Notes under the pieces: model-generated
Databases searched by the model: none
What the model saw: only the letters and a program-made list of their open reading frames with translations
Told to the model about the DNA's origin: nothing
Origin: an uncultured cyanobacterium
GTDB taxonomy: Bacteria > Cyanobacteriota > Cyanobacteriia > Pseudanabaenales > Pseudanabaenaceae
Length of the DNA: 64,000 nucleotides
NCBI GenBank assembly: GCA_963703315.1
Contig: OY969811.1
Span: 640,001-704,000 of the forward strand
Reading direction: 5' to 3'
Translations under genes and position numbers: made by a program
In this document: in pieces, positions 39,874 through 50,439 of the stretch
Layout: the number at the start of each line of letters is the position of its first letter
How positions within the stretch are numbered: the stretch's first letter is position 1

Positions 39874-40812
39874 CTAGCCTCTACGGCTACGACCTGTAGG
39901 ACGAGAAGATAAATCAAACTCTAAAGCGGCTGCCATACCCCACAAAATAAAGGCAAGAATCCAGAAGAACTCAGCAGGCTCACCACTTTGGTACTGCTTG
40001 CCTTCGCAAATTTTGCTACTACTCACATTAATGCTGTAGTTAAACCATAGATCGCTCAAAAACATAGCAATCCCTGCACTGCCAAGTAGTCGCCAAGATT
40101 GAGCAGCCTTGCCTCCCCAAAAAGCAAGTAAGAGAATAGTTGCCACAATTAGTAACCAAATATCGCCTAAGGCATAGACAATATTGAGGATTTTGCCTGT
40201 GTCTAGGGTAAACCCACTACCGACTCCAAAGGTGACATAAGCGGCAAGAACTACGCCAACAAAGCCAACCCCACCAACGATCGCCCATTGCTTAGGATAA
40301 AGATTGAGTCTGCGACCAATCACTGACATTGCCATGCCCCATGACAAAAAGACATAGGTAGCAGTGAAGAAAATATCGGCGATCGATGGAAATGTTGAGA
40401 CTAGATTCTTTGCGCCTTTGGCTCCAGCCGTAATTAGCCCATTTTGATATTGGAAATCCAGATAGCCAAAAATTAAATTGCCCACTCCCCAAGACAAAAT
40501 ACCTAAGCCTAAGCCTAACCAAACATTGCGACCACTGATGATTTTTGGGCTACGCCAGTTACGCAAGCACAATAAACCTGAACAGGCGATCGCTACAGTT
40601 TGAAATATATAAGTCCCATAACGATACCAATTGGGACGAACGCTAAAATCTTTGATTACCTTGGTACATTCTTCTGGCTTGATGGGATATACATCGGTTG
40701 GGGCGCTCAAAAATAGGTAAAAGATTAAGGCTGTGGCTGCCCATCCGATCGCTGCCCAAATAATAGATTGCGTGGAAATCCCTGATGGGGAGGGAGATTT
40801 GGCTCTACTCAT
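39874..40812 (-). CDS. Conserved cyanobacterial multi-pass membrane protein
   Basis: About 7 hydrophobic segments; CLRNWRS..IISGRNVW. Confidence 0.75.
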   Translation of the reverse strand: MSRAKSPSPSGISTQSIIWAAIGWAATALIFYLFLSAPTDVYPIKPEECTKVIKDFSVRPNWYRYGTYIFQTVAIACSGLLCLRNWRSPKIISGRNVWLGLGLGILSWGVGNLIFGYLDFQYQNGLITAGAKGAKNLVSTFPSIADIFFTATYVFLSWGMAMSVIGRRLNLYPKQWAIVGGVGFVGVVLAAYVTFGVGSGFTLDTGKILNIVYALGDIWLLIVATILLLAFWGGKAAQSWRLLGSAGIAMFLSDLWFNYSINVSSSKICEGKQYQSGEPAEFFWILAFILWGMAAALEFDLSSRPTGRSRRG

Positions 40813-40951
40813 TGATATTGAACCTTGGCTACAACCATAAGAAATACAGTATTTGAAAGAGTGAAAATAACAAATGTCTGACTAGGCGCTGACTGTAAAA
40901 GTAAACCTGAGAATTAGGGCATATATATTAATTAGTATTAATTTTGCCAAA

Positions 40952-41608
40952 TTATTGCCAGAGTTTACCTTTAGGTGTGTTTTTCAGCCAAGCTATGACG
41001 GAAACTGCCTCGGGTAGTTCGTTTAGAGCATCGATCGCACTATCGACAAAACTGGCATTGCCAAAATAGGAAGATGCCAATCGATGGACTTCACCTAAAA
41101 GAAGTTGTAATTTGCTTTCATCCCAGTTGGGAATTTGGACACTATTCAGGGGATTGATCGATAAAACTTCTTCCAGCGCTGAGATTGTTTCGCTTTGAGC
41201 AAATTTACCCTGCTGCATGAATTTCAGTAAATCTTGCTTAAAGGAACCTGCTTGTCTAACACCAAGGAGATCTTCAACTTCAAGATATACGGCTTGCAGT
41301 ATCAGTAAACAACCTTGGACAAGATGTGTCCCTGCTGATGAACTCTGGGTAGGCGCTGTATGCAGTTGGTCAAGTTTGACTCTGCCCCATACGCTAAAAC
41401 GTTGAGGTTCTTCTAACAACACGCAGGCTTTGCCTTTGTTATCAGTTAAGTCACGCCAAAGCGCTAAAGCTTCATCTCGATTGTCTCCAAACATATTGAG
41501 TAACCGAAATGTTTGCCCCTGATATTGCAAAATTGGTATTTGTTGATCTTTATTTTGTGGGTTTTGGACATTGATAATTTCAACGTCTTGGCGCTTCAGG
41601 ATGAACAT
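40952..41608 (-). CDS. Npun_F0813-like cyanobacterial protein
   Basis: MFILKRQDVEI...YQGQTFRL...WRDLTDNKGKACVLLEEP. Confidence 0.75.
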   Translation of the reverse strand: MFILKRQDVEIINVQNPQNKDQQIPILQYQGQTFRLLNMFGDNRDEALALWRDLTDNKGKACVLLEEPQRFSVWGRVKLDQLHTAPTQSSSAGTHLVQGCLLILQAVYLEVEDLLGVRQAGSFKQDLLKFMQQGKFAQSETISALEEVLSINPLNSVQIPNWDESKLQLLLGEVHRLASSYFGNASFVDSAIDALNELPEAVSVIAWLKNTPKGKLWQ

Positions 41609-41815
41609 GTCTCTACTGTTGACTTAACTGATGTTACCAGTAGCAACAAAGCGTGGCTACCTAATGCCAAAGTTAATAATAATCCCAAAATTACATTTAC
41701 ACCTTGAAATTTAATTAAAAAGCAGAAAGGTTAGAAAGTCGCGATCGCAAGAAGATGAGGTGCGGCGCTTTGCGCCGCACCTCATCTTCTTGGGTTTTGG
41801 ACTGGCGAGCGATCG

Positions 41816-43324
41816 CTATAAAACAGATTTTGGCACGGGTAAGAGGATGAGTAGGGCGATCGCCATTAAAGTTATGCCAATTAGATCTTGATTTCGGTCA
41901 ATTTCGAGACTTTCATTCAAAATAAGTGGGCGTGGCATGGGTAACAAAAAGAATAATAGGCTATAGATTTTTAACCAAGGCTGCACTAGTAAGGCGATCG
42001 CTAGTAATAGGAGTCGAGAAATTCGCGCAATTTGGATGGTCTGCCGATAGCCAAACATGGCGATCGCTAAATTGCCGCCATCCAATAGATCAAAAGGCAT
42101 AAGCTGCAAGGCGTTTAAGGCAAGTCCTGTCAGCCCTGCTAATGACAGGGGTGAAAGAGCTTGGATCGCATTTGCATTATTGGTATTGATTCCCGATTTA
42201 AATAGGGAGAAAATTGCTTGTAAGCAGGTTGCCAAGATTGAGTTTTTGAAATCGAAGGTGTTTACGCTGTTAAGCAATGGTGAGATGCTCTCATGGTTGG
42301 GGATCGGCGGAATGAGTAGCCAATTTCCTAAAAGCAATAAAATTATGGAAACACCTAAGCCTGCAATGGTTGGACTAATGGCTAAATCGAAGAGGATGCG
42401 TCGCTGATTGGTAGGATTTTCTACTGTTGCAGGATTAATGTTCAAACTACCTAGCAAACCAAAACCATCGATACAGGGTAGTAAAAGTGGGGGATCAAAG
42501 CGCAAGTGATGCTTTTTGGTGATGTAGTAGCGCGCGATCGCCCTTGCCATAAATATGCTGGCGATCGCACCAAAGTAAACAAGTCCTTGTTGCAGGTTGG
42601 GAAAGCTCAAGTCTTGGAGTTGATGAATATTTGCACCAACGATTAAGACAGTAAATGCTGTAAGTACAATGCTGGTGATACTGATGATCTGACTATATTT
42701 AAATCGATTTTTAGATAAAGCTTGATTTTGATTGCTCGGTAAAGCGAGATAAAAACAATATCTATTAGCTGAATTTTGCTGATTATCTGATGATTCGCTA
42801 AGATTTGCTCCAAAATCTGTACCTAAATTTTGGACTGGCACTTCCTGTAAATAACAAATAAAGCGATCGCCAAATATTTTTTGGATACTTTGACTAATGG
42901 TGTCGTAGGCATATTTATAATTTCGCGATCGTAAATGACCACGACAATAAATTTCTTGAGGACGGTATTCTAAATCCTTTAACTGATAAATATTTGAGGG
43001 GAAGCAGTTCTTGAGTTGTTTTTCTTCACTAGCACTAAGGTTGAGATTGGCTGCGTGACTTAGATTAGCCTCTGAGCAATAGTAGCTATAAATCCAGAGG
43101 CACAGCAAAAAACCTGTCGCTACAAAAATTAATGGTAGAGCGACTTGAGTAAGCATTGTCCATGCGATCGCTAAACTCGGTAACACAATTGCCAAAATCC
43201 ATAGGAATATTGTTTGTGCCTGATTTAGTGGATGATCTAATGGTTGTAGCGATCGCCGATAATAGACTGCCACACAACCCAATACCATAAACACAAATAC
43301 TTCTTCAAATCCCATCTCAATCAC
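41816..43324 (-). CDS. Site-2 protease (M50)-like membrane protein lacking HExxH
   Basis: RRILFDLAISP, LMPFDLLDGG; HExxH region reads ARAIAR. Confidence 0.7.
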   Translation of the reverse strand: MIEMGFEEVFVFMVLGCVAVYYRRSLQPLDHPLNQAQTIFLWILAIVLPSLAIAWTMLTQVALPLIFVATGFLLCLWIYSYYCSEANLSHAANLNLSASEEKQLKNCFPSNIYQLKDLEYRPQEIYCRGHLRSRNYKYAYDTISQSIQKIFGDRFICYLQEVPVQNLGTDFGANLSESSDNQQNSANRYCFYLALPSNQNQALSKNRFKYSQIISITSIVLTAFTVLIVGANIHQLQDLSFPNLQQGLVYFGAIASIFMARAIARYYITKKHHLRFDPPLLLPCIDGFGLLGSLNINPATVENPTNQRRILFDLAISPTIAGLGVSIILLLLGNWLLIPPIPNHESISPLLNSVNTFDFKNSILATCLQAIFSLFKSGINTNNANAIQALSPLSLAGLTGLALNALQLMPFDLLDGGNLAIAMFGYRQTIQIARISRLLLLAIALLVQPWLKIYSLLFFLLPMPRPLILNESLEIDRNQDLIGITLMAIALLILLPVPKSVL

Positions 43325-43359
43325 TTTTCAGCACTATAGACATCCTATATCAATCCGAA

Positions 43360-45195
43360 ATGAGCAAAGAATTTGAATCTATCAGCGATCGCCTGCCCCC
43401 TCAAAACATTGAGGCAGAGGAGGCTGTCTTAGGGGGGATTTTGATCGATCCAGAGGCTGTATCACGGGTGCTAGATACTCTGCGTCCTGAAATGTTCTAT
43501 GTGGCAGCACATCAGGAAATTTTTCGCGCTTGTTTGATGCTGCATAACCAGTCCAACCCGACAGACATGATGAGCTTGACGACTTGGCTCAGCGATCGCG
43601 ATATGCTCGAAAAAATCGGTGGTCAAACTAAAATTGCTCAACTTTGCGATCGCACCGTCAGCGCGGTCAATATCGATTTTTATGCTCAACTGGTTGCCGA
43701 TAAATATGCGCGGCGCAAACTTGCCGAAGCCGCTAGAGGTGTAGTCGAAATTAGCTACAGTAATGAAATCGAACTGCCGCAACTCCTCGATCAATCTGAG
43801 CAGAAGATTTTTGCGGTGACTCAATCACGCGCCCAACAAGGGCTTACTCCTGCTGCTGATATTCTCACGAAAACCTTTTATGAATTAGAAAATCGTTTTA
43901 ATTCCCTTGGTACTGGTAATTCCACCGCTACAGGTTTAATCACAGGATTTTACGATTTTGATGCGATGACCAACGGCTTGCAGCGATCAGACTTGATTAT
44001 CCTCGCAGGTCGTCCGTCAATGGGAAAAACGGCCTTCGGTTTAGAAATAGCCCGAAAAATGGCGGAAATCCACCGATTACCCGTTGCAATCTTTAGTTTG
44101 GAAATGTCGAAAGAGCAGTTAGTTTATCGCCTCTTAGCCAGTCAGTCTAAGGTTCGCTCTAGTGACATGGGCATCGATAGTAATCGCCTCCGCACTGGAC
44201 AAATCAGTGAAAATGAATGGGGAACGGTGGCGATGGCGATCAGTGGACTTTCCGAACTTCCATTATTTATCGATGATACACCTAACCCTCCCATTACCGA
44301 ATTACGTTCCAAAGCTCGCCGTTTACAATCAGAAAAGGGTGGTGTACTAGGGTTAATTCTAATTGACTATTTACAGTTAATGGAAGGTTCTGGTTCTGAT
44401 AATCGGGTGCAAGAAATATCGAGAATTACGCGATCGCTTAAAGCTTTAGCCCGTGAATTAAATGTGCCTGTAATCGCTCTATCCCAATTAAGTCGTGGCG
44501 TAGAAGCGAGAACGAATAAGCGTCCAATGCTATCAGATCTGAGAGAGTCAGGCTGTCTCAGTGGAGACTCATTAATTACAATGGCAGACACAGGAGCCGA
44601 AATCCCTATCCGTGATCTGGTTGGTAATTCAGGTTTTGCAATTTGGGCAGTGAATCCTCAAACGCTGAAAATGGAACGAGCGATTGTAAGCAATGCTTTC
44701 TGCACTGGCTCTAAACCTGTATATCAACTAAGAACTCAATTAGGGCGAGCGATCAAAGCGACCGCAAATCATCAATTTCTAACAATTCAGGGATGGAAAA
44801 GACTTGATGAATTGCAAATAGGCGATCGCATTGCTATGCCTCGCCAAATCCCCTCTTTAGAATCAACCAAGCTTTTAAATATTGCTGTTAGTGATATCTA
44901 TTGGGATCAATTAGTGCATATTGATCAATTAGGAGAAGAGTTAGTCTATGACTTGACTGTGCCAAGTTTAGAGAACTTTGTAGCAAATAACTTTTATGTT
45001 CATAATAGTATTGAGCAGGATGCGGATTTAGTAATTAATTTATATCGAGATGAATATTACAATCCAGAGACACCCGATCGCGGCGTAGCCGAAATCATTA
45101 TTGCTAAACATCGGAATGGTCCCGTTGGCACTGTTAAATTACTCTTTGAACCACGTTTGACCAAATTCGAGAATATGGCTTCCAGTCGAAATTAA
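43360..45195 (+). CDS. dnaB: Replicative DNA helicase, intein-containing
   Basis: PPQNIEAEEAVLG, GRPSMGKT, IDYLQL, SDLRESG|SIEQDAD. Confidence 0.97.
   Translation: MSKEFESISDRLPPQNIEAEEAVLGGILIDPEAVSRVLDTLRPEMFYVAAHQEIFRACLMLHNQSNPTDMMSLTTWLSDRDMLEKIGGQTKIAQLCDRTVSAVNIDFYAQLVADKYARRKLAEAARGVVEISYSNEIELPQLLDQSEQKIFAVTQSRAQQGLTPAADILTKTFYELENRFNSLGTGNSTATGLITGFYDFDAMTNGLQRSDLIILAGRPSMGKTAFGLEIARKMAEIHRLPVAIFSLEMSKEQLVYRLLASQSKVRSSDMGIDSNRLRTGQISENEWGTVAMAISGLSELPLFIDDTPNPPITELRSKARRLQSEKGGVLGLILIDYLQLMEGSGSDNRVQEISRITRSLKALARELNVPVIALSQLSRGVEARTNKRPMLSDLRESGCLSGDSLITMADTGAEIPIRDLVGNSGFAIWAVNPQTLKMERAIVSNAFCTGSKPVYQLRTQLGRAIKATANHQFLTIQGWKRLDELQIGDRIAMPRQIPSLESTKLLNIAVSDIYWDQLVHIDQLGEELVYDLTVPSLENFVANNFYVHNSIEQDADLVINLYRDEYYNPETPDRGVAEIIIAKHRNGPVGTVKLLFEPRLTKFENMASSRN
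44554..45006 (+). mobile_element. Mini-intein (151 aa) in DnaB
   Basis: CLSGDSLI...ATANHQF...VYDLTV...FVANNFYVHN/S; no endonuclease domain. Confidence 0.92.
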
Positions 45196-45249
45196 AATTT
45201 CAAAACCTGTGGCGCACACTGTACGTGCGCCACAGGTTTTGAAATTTTA
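45193..45249. repeat. Family-A-core palindrome with 25-bp arms starting at the dnaB stop
   Basis: taaaatttcaaaacctgtggcgcac-actgtac-gtgcgccacaggttttgaaatttta. Confidence 0.8.
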
Positions 45250-45287
45250 TCAGTTAGAATAATCTAAGCAGAGTGAATGGTTAATAC

Positions 45288-45962
45288 ATGGTTCTTACTG
45301 TTTCACCACCCGAAATCCAAAATCCCCCTTTAGAAGCTACTCCATTATTGTTAGGCGAAAAACGAGTCGCCCTGCGAGGCATTAGCTGGCAGTCGTATCA
45401 ACAAATTCTCCATGCCCTTCCTCAAAGCCGTGGTGCAAGGCTTACCTACGATCGCGGAATTTTAGAAATTACTATGCCTCTGGAAATTCATGAATTTTCA
45501 CTACGCCTGATCGAGCGTTTCATCCTCATTTTAGTAATGGAGATGGGAATGAAAATTAAAACAATGGGATCGACAACGATGGATCGTGAAGATTTGCAAA
45601 GGGGATCAGAGCCAGACTGTGCATACTACATCCAGAATCAGCCCCAAGTAGCGGGGAGAATCGTTGATTTTACTCAAGATCCACCGCCAGACTTAGTGGT
45701 GGAAGTGGATATTACGCATACTGACATTGATAAAAATAAACTTTATGCCAGTATGGGAGTGCCTGAATTTTGGCGTTACAACGGTAAGGAATTAAGGATT
45801 TACTCTTTGCAGAAAGCAGCATATATTGAGTGCGATCTCAGTCCCACTTTTCCCGCGTTCCAAAAAGAACATCTCTACAACTTTCTTGAAGAAGCACAAC
45901 AGGATGAAATTGCGGCGGAAGTTAATTTTCGAGCTTTTGTAAAAGAGAATCTAGCATCTTGA
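45288..45962 (+). CDS. Uma2 family endonuclease (DUF820)
   Basis: ISWQSY, EPDCAYY, PPPDLVVEVD, Y..MGVPEFW. Confidence 0.92.
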   Translation: MVLTVSPPEIQNPPLEATPLLLGEKRVALRGISWQSYQQILHALPQSRGARLTYDRGILEITMPLEIHEFSLRLIERFILILVMEMGMKIKTMGSTTMDREDLQRGSEPDCAYYIQNQPQVAGRIVDFTQDPPPDLVVEVDITHTDIDKNKLYASMGVPEFWRYNGKELRIYSLQKAAYIECDLSPTFPAFQKEHLYNFLEEAQQDEIAAEVNFRAFVKENLAS

Positions 45963-45989
45963 TGTCCTGCGCTTTGCGCGGGACATCCA

Positions 45990-47168
45990 TCAGGAAACTG
46001 ATAAGCCTTGCAATAAAGATTGAATTTGCTGATCAGTATGAGTTGCCATTAAGGTAATCCTAATTCTGGGAGTAGGTACAGTGGGCGGACGGATGGCAGG
46101 GGCAAAAATACCCTGTTCTTTTAAAAATTTTGCCATTTCTAAAGTTTGAGGAATATCACCAACCTCGATCGCAATAATCGGTGAGTCTAAGGCGATCGCC
46201 TTAATTCCCAAATCCTGTAAACCCTGCTTGACCAATTCCAGATTTTGCCAAAGTTGTTGACGGTGGTTACTTTCAGTTTTGATGATCTGAATAGCGGCGA
46301 TCGCTGCCCCCGTATCCGCAGGAGAAAGCGCTGTGGTATAGATCCAAGTTGCCGCCCGATTGCGTAAATAATCAATTAATTTCGCTGAACCTGCCACATA
46401 GCCGCCCAAACTTCCCAACGCTTTGCTCAGGGTTCCCACTTGGATTAAATCCTGTTGAATCCCTAATGCTTGAGTCAAACCACCACCTCGATCGCCAAAT
46501 ACCCCTGTGCCATGCGCCTCATCGACTAACACCATACAGTCATATTGATTAGCTAAGTCCATAATTTCTCGTAATGGTGCGAGGTCGCCATCCATACTAA
46601 ACACGCTATCAGTGGTAATTAGACAACGGCGATATTTAGCACGATGTTCTTCTAATTTGGCGGTAAGGTCAGCAAGATTAATATGCTGATAATCGATCGC
46701 CGTAGCACCACTCATTAAAGCTCCTTTTTTTAAACAGGAGTGATTATATTCATCTCCTAAGATCAAATCTCGCGCTCCCACGATCGCCGAGATTGTCCCC
46801 AAATTTGCCAAATAACCAGAACTAAACACAAGAGCCGCTTCTGTATTTTTGAGATCCGCGATCGCCTGTTCTAATTCTGCATGGATCGCCAGATGTCCTG
46901 TCACCAATCGAGATCCCGTTGCTCCCGTGCCGTACATTTCTGTAGCTCTAATCGCGGCATCGATCAAACGGCGATCGCCTGCTAGTCCCAAATAGTTATT
47001 ACTGGCAAACATGAGCATTTCGCGCCCATCAATGGTGGCGATCGTCCCTGCTTTACTGCTGATAGTTTGGGTAGAGCGATACCAATTAGCTTTGTGGATG
47101 GACTCTAACGAGCGATCGAGCCATCCGTAAGGAGTAGATATAGGTTCAGTCTTCACACTTCTTAACAA
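45990..47168 (-). CDS. bioF: 8-amino-7-oxononanoate synthase
   Basis: [39 protein letters not shown]. Confidence 0.93.
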   Translation of the reverse strand: MLRSVKTEPISTPYGWLDRSLESIHKANWYRSTQTISSKAGTIATIDGREMLMFASNNYLGLAGDRRLIDAAIRATEMYGTGATGSRLVTGHLAIHAELEQAIADLKNTEAALVFSSGYLANLGTISAIVGARDLILGDEYNHSCLKKGALMSGATAIDYQHINLADLTAKLEEHRAKYRRCLITTDSVFSMDGDLAPLREIMDLANQYDCMVLVDEAHGTGVFGDRGGGLTQALGIQQDLIQVGTLSKALGSLGGYVAGSAKLIDYLRNRAATWIYTTALSPADTGAAIAAIQIIKTESNHRQQLWQNLELVKQGLQDLGIKAIALDSPIIAIEVGDIPQTLEMAKFLKEQGIFAPAIRPPTVPTPRIRITLMATHTDQQIQSLLQGLSVS

Positions 47169-47218
47169 GTCGGTTTAAAATGTTATCAAATAAAGGCTTT
47201 TTAGTAGCTTTTATTTGA

Positions 47219-47332
47219 TATAGCTGTCATCAGTCTTGTTAGGACACAAAACCAGAAGTGAGTGGCGGCGTGAAGTGCCGCCACTCACTTCTGGGGTTTT
47301 GATTTGTTCTAATACAAACGGCAACAGCTATA
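47219..47332. mobile_element. Family B element (long form)
   Basis: TATAGCTGT...ACAGCTATA; related to 61101-61201 and 14173-14280. Confidence 0.78.
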
Positions 47333-47368
47333 ACATTATTTTCCACTGTTATTATCTAGGTTTCAAAG

Positions 47369-48253
47369 ATGACTGTTGCATATCCCCATAAATTTCGCGG
47401 TCAACTCAGCGCCGAAGACATTCTTGATAATGTGGTGCGTCAGCGTGAAGCTCATATCAAAACGTTAAATCGCTATCGTTTTAGTGAACAGCGTAGCTGT
47501 AAAGATCTAACCAATCTCATCGAAGCTTTGAATGGTAAACCCCGTGATTTGCTCAAAGATCTATCCCATCACGTTGCTGATGAAGCGCGTCATGCAGCTT
47601 GGTTGACCGATTTACTCTATGATTTGGGTGAAGACATCAGTACACCCGAAGGCGATTTGTATATTGATGAATTCAATCGCTTAAGCAAATATGAAACCTC
47701 TAATCTTGAAGATGGCATTATTGATTTCTTGGCAGGAATCAACGTTGCCGAAAAGCGGGGTTGTGAATATTTCGCAGCGCATATTCGCTCTCTCAAGAAA
47801 GTTGAACAGACTGATGAAAACATCAAGATCCGTGAAACCATTGAGAAAATTCTGCCTGAAGAGGCGGCTCATGTACGTTGGGGTAATCGCAAGCTTGCTG
47901 AGATTGCCAAAAAGAGTGAATCTCATCGTGTCAAGGTGGAAGCTGCTAAGCGTAAATATATAGCGATCGAGCAAGCCGCCTTTGAATCGGGAATGGATAT
48001 TCTCGCTGGTGCAGAAGTCCGCCGCCTTGAGAACTTGCTAAAGATTGCTGATACTCTGCCCCTTTGGGAACGTCCTCAGTATTTACTTGATCGACTGCCT
48101 CAGACTTTATTCTCTCCTGAGTTACAGAAGACTAGAATCGACATCTTCAAAAAAGCATGGGAAAAAGATCCTTCTACTTTTGTCGAGAAGTTCATTCCCA
48201 TGTTCTTTAATGGCAATCTCAAAGAGACTGCAAATAAGGCAGCAAGTCATTAG
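47369..48253 (+). CDS. Ferritin-like di-iron domain protein
   Basis: DEARH and EEAAH ExxH motifs. Confidence 0.75.
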   Translation: MTVAYPHKFRGQLSAEDILDNVVRQREAHIKTLNRYRFSEQRSCKDLTNLIEALNGKPRDLLKDLSHHVADEARHAAWLTDLLYDLGEDISTPEGDLYIDEFNRLSKYETSNLEDGIIDFLAGINVAEKRGCEYFAAHIRSLKKVEQTDENIKIRETIEKILPEEAAHVRWGNRKLAEIAKKSESHRVKVEAAKRKYIAIEQAAFESGMDILAGAEVRRLENLLKIADTLPLWERPQYLLDRLPQTLFSPELQKTRIDIFKKAWEKDPSTFVEKFIPMFFNGNLKETANKAASH

Positions 48254-48322
48254 CCTACAGCGTTTTACGTTCAATTGAAACCCAAAAAAATTGAAAGCAT
48301 CGCTTTCAATTTTTTTGGGTTT

Positions 48323-49060
48323 TTATGATTGTTTTGCTTCGGAGCCGTCGATGATGCGTTGGAACAGATAACCTGTACCTCGCGCCGTCAAGATTAGTTC
48401 AGGATTACTGGGATCTTCTTCGAGTTTGGCACGGAGACGAGAAATGTGAACATCGACAACGCGAGTATCTACGTGGCGTTCTGGTGTATATCCCCAAACC
48501 TCTTGCAAGATTTCGGCTCTGGAAAAAGCCTCACCCGATCGCCCGACTAGTAGCTCCAACAAACTAAACTCCATCCCCGTTAAGCGAATACGCTCATCGG
48601 ACTTATAAACTTGTCGCTTATTGGTGTCAATTTTGATCGTATTGATATGGATGACACCAGAACTGGGGATACCTGATGTGCCATTGCGATCGAAGCGACG
48701 CAATACTGAACGAATACGAGCTTCTAGCTCTTTCGGTGAGAAGGGCTTAACAACGTAATCATCTGCACCTAACTCTAGACCTGTAATGCGATCGGCGACA
48801 TCACCCAAAGCTGTCAGCATGATGATGGGAATATCAGATTCTTTGCGTAGCTCTTGACATACTCCATATCCGTCGAGCTTTGGCATCATTACGTCAAGCA
48901 CAACTAAATCAGGATTTTCTTGGTGAAAAACTTCGATCGCCTCTTCGCCATCTGCGGCGGTGACAACTTCGTAACCGATCATCGACAGACGAGTTTCCAG
49001 AATTCGACGAATACTTGCCTCGTCGTCTACAACTAGGATTTTTTCCTTATGGTTTTCCAA
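48323..49060 (-). CDS. rpaB: OmpR-family response regulator RpaB
   Basis: ILVVDDEASIRRILETRLSMIGY...ELILTARGTGYLFQRI; TTG start. Confidence 0.95.
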   Translation of the reverse strand: MENHKEKILVVDDEASIRRILETRLSMIGYEVVTAADGEEAIEVFHQENPDLVVLDVMMPKLDGYGVCQELRKESDIPIIMLTALGDVADRITGLELGADDYVVKPFSPKELEARIRSVLRRFDRNGTSGIPSSGVIHINTIKIDTNKRQVYKSDERIRLTGMEFSLLELLVGRSGEAFSRAEILQEVWGYTPERHVDTRVVDVHISRLRAKLEEDPSNPELILTARGTGYLFQRIIDGSEAKQS

Positions 49061-49096
49061 GCCAGTTTCTACTCCACTATGTTGCTAGCTGTAATT

Positions 49097-49114
49097 TTAG
49101 TAAAATTTTATAAC
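49097..49114 (-). promoter_or_regulatory. HLR1-like RpaB site
   Basis: GTTATAAA-AT-TTTACTAA versus consensus (G/T)TTACA(T/A)(T/A)-N2 repeat. Confidence 0.5.
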
Positions 49115-49340
49115 TTTACATATTTATTTAACTAAGTTTACAAGAAATCGGTCGTTACAATCCGAAAACAAAACTTAAAGTTTCAGCACAAACTTAATCT
49201 GATTTTTTGTGGTTAGGTGAGTTCTGATAGTTAGCCCACGATCCCCATCAATCCTATAGAGTGAAAGTCCCAGAGGTTAGCTCTTATACACTATGGGTTA
49301 AAATTGTAAAAGTTTTACGCAAAACGAGGATTGTGAAATT

Positions 49341-49511
49341 ATGACTGAACCAACTCAAGTACCACAAGCTACTGATCCAAAAATGGGATTCAATACTTAT
49401 GCTGAGCGCTTAAATGGTCGTGCGGCGATGGTGGGTTTTATCCTTGCAGTAGCGATCGAGTTTGTTACGGGGCAAGGTTTGTTGGCTTGGCTAGGTATCA
49501 TTAATCCATAG
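49341..49511 (+). CDS. hli: High-light-inducible protein (Hli/Scp), 56 aa; not in the ORF track
   Basis: MTEPTQ...GFNTYAERLNGRAAMVGF...GQGLLAWLG. Confidence 0.93.
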   Translation: MTEPTQVPQATDPKMGFNTYAERLNGRAAMVGFILAVAIEFVTGQGLLAWLGIINP

Positions 49512-49537
49512 TTTTTTCCCAGTTACTCCCTTCTCAC

Positions 49538-49642
49538 TAAATAGCTGGGCATAATTAAAAAAACAGATCCAAAACCTGTGGCGCACGCTGCGCGTGCGCC
49601 ACAGGTTTTGGGGTTTTATATTGAATTGCGCCCAGCTACTTA
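49538..49642. mobile_element. Family A element
   Basis: TA-AATAGCTGGGC...GCCCAGCTACT-TA; ccaaaacctgtggcgcacgc-tgc hairpin. Confidence 0.8.
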
Positions 49643-49727
49643 AAAAGAATAGGCGTTGTAAAGTGAATAATTAGTGGTGCATGGTTTAGCCGCGCATCAC
49701 TAATTATTCATTAAAAATCCAGCAGTT

Positions 49728-49780
49728 CTAAAGAAGTAATGAAGTACTGCACTCCGTGCAGTACTTCATTACTTCTTTAG
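49728..49780. repeat. Perfect 25-bp-arm palindrome
   Basis: ctaaagaagtaatgaagtactgcac-tcc-gtgcagtacttcattacttctttag. Confidence 0.85.
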
Positions 49781-49822
49781 CGCTACCAAAAATCTTGTTT
49801 AGTTAATTTCTGTTATTTTTCT

Positions 49823-50311
49823 ATGACATCTAGCAAAATCGAGAACTCTCTCTACTGGACTGCGGCAATTTTGGGATTAGTTCTCGATCAAGCCTCTAAA
49901 TATTTAGTTGTGCAATATCTCAAGGGAGTGAAATCATTCCCCTTAATCAATGGGGTGTTACATTTTACCTATGCCACTAATACGGGGGCAGCATTTAGTT
50001 TATTTAGCGATCAAATCGATTGGCTGAAATGGGTCTCAATGCTTGTCAGTTTGGGACTAGTTGTATTTGGGATTTTTAGTAAAAACTTAAACCGATGGGA
50101 ACAAGCGGGCTACGGTTTCATCTTGGCAGGGGCAGCAGGTAACGGGATCGATCGCTTTGTGGCTGGTTATGTAGTGGATTTTATCGATATCCGTATTATT
50201 CGATTTGCGATTTTCAATATTGCTGATGTTTCCATCAATGTCGGTCTTGTGTGTTTAGCGATCGCCGTTTTATTTGTGACGAAACCAACAAAGTCTAAAA
50301 AATTAGAATAA
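49823..50311 (+). CDS. lspA: Lipoprotein signal peptidase II
   Basis: LDQASK, NTGAAFS, GNGIDR, VVDFI, FNIAD. Confidence 0.95.
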   Translation: MTSSKIENSLYWTAAILGLVLDQASKYLVVQYLKGVKSFPLINGVLHFTYATNTGAAFSLFSDQIDWLKWVSMLVSLGLVVFGIFSKNLNRWEQAGYGFILAGAAGNGIDRFVAGYVVDFIDIRIIRFAIFNIADVSINVGLVCLAIAVLFVTKPTKSKKLE

Positions 50312-50439
50312 TAGTTCTAACCAGATTTTTTGTGGCGCGGCTTCGCCGCGACACAAAAAATCTGGTTTCCTTTTCCTTTTGGGCTTTTGAGCGCGAAGCG
50401 TTATATTTCTAGTTAGAAGTTACTAAGAGAATTAGCGGC

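Noticed and set aside
49115..49340. PsrR1-like sRNA next to rpaB
   Set aside because: Could not recognise the conserved core or a terminator
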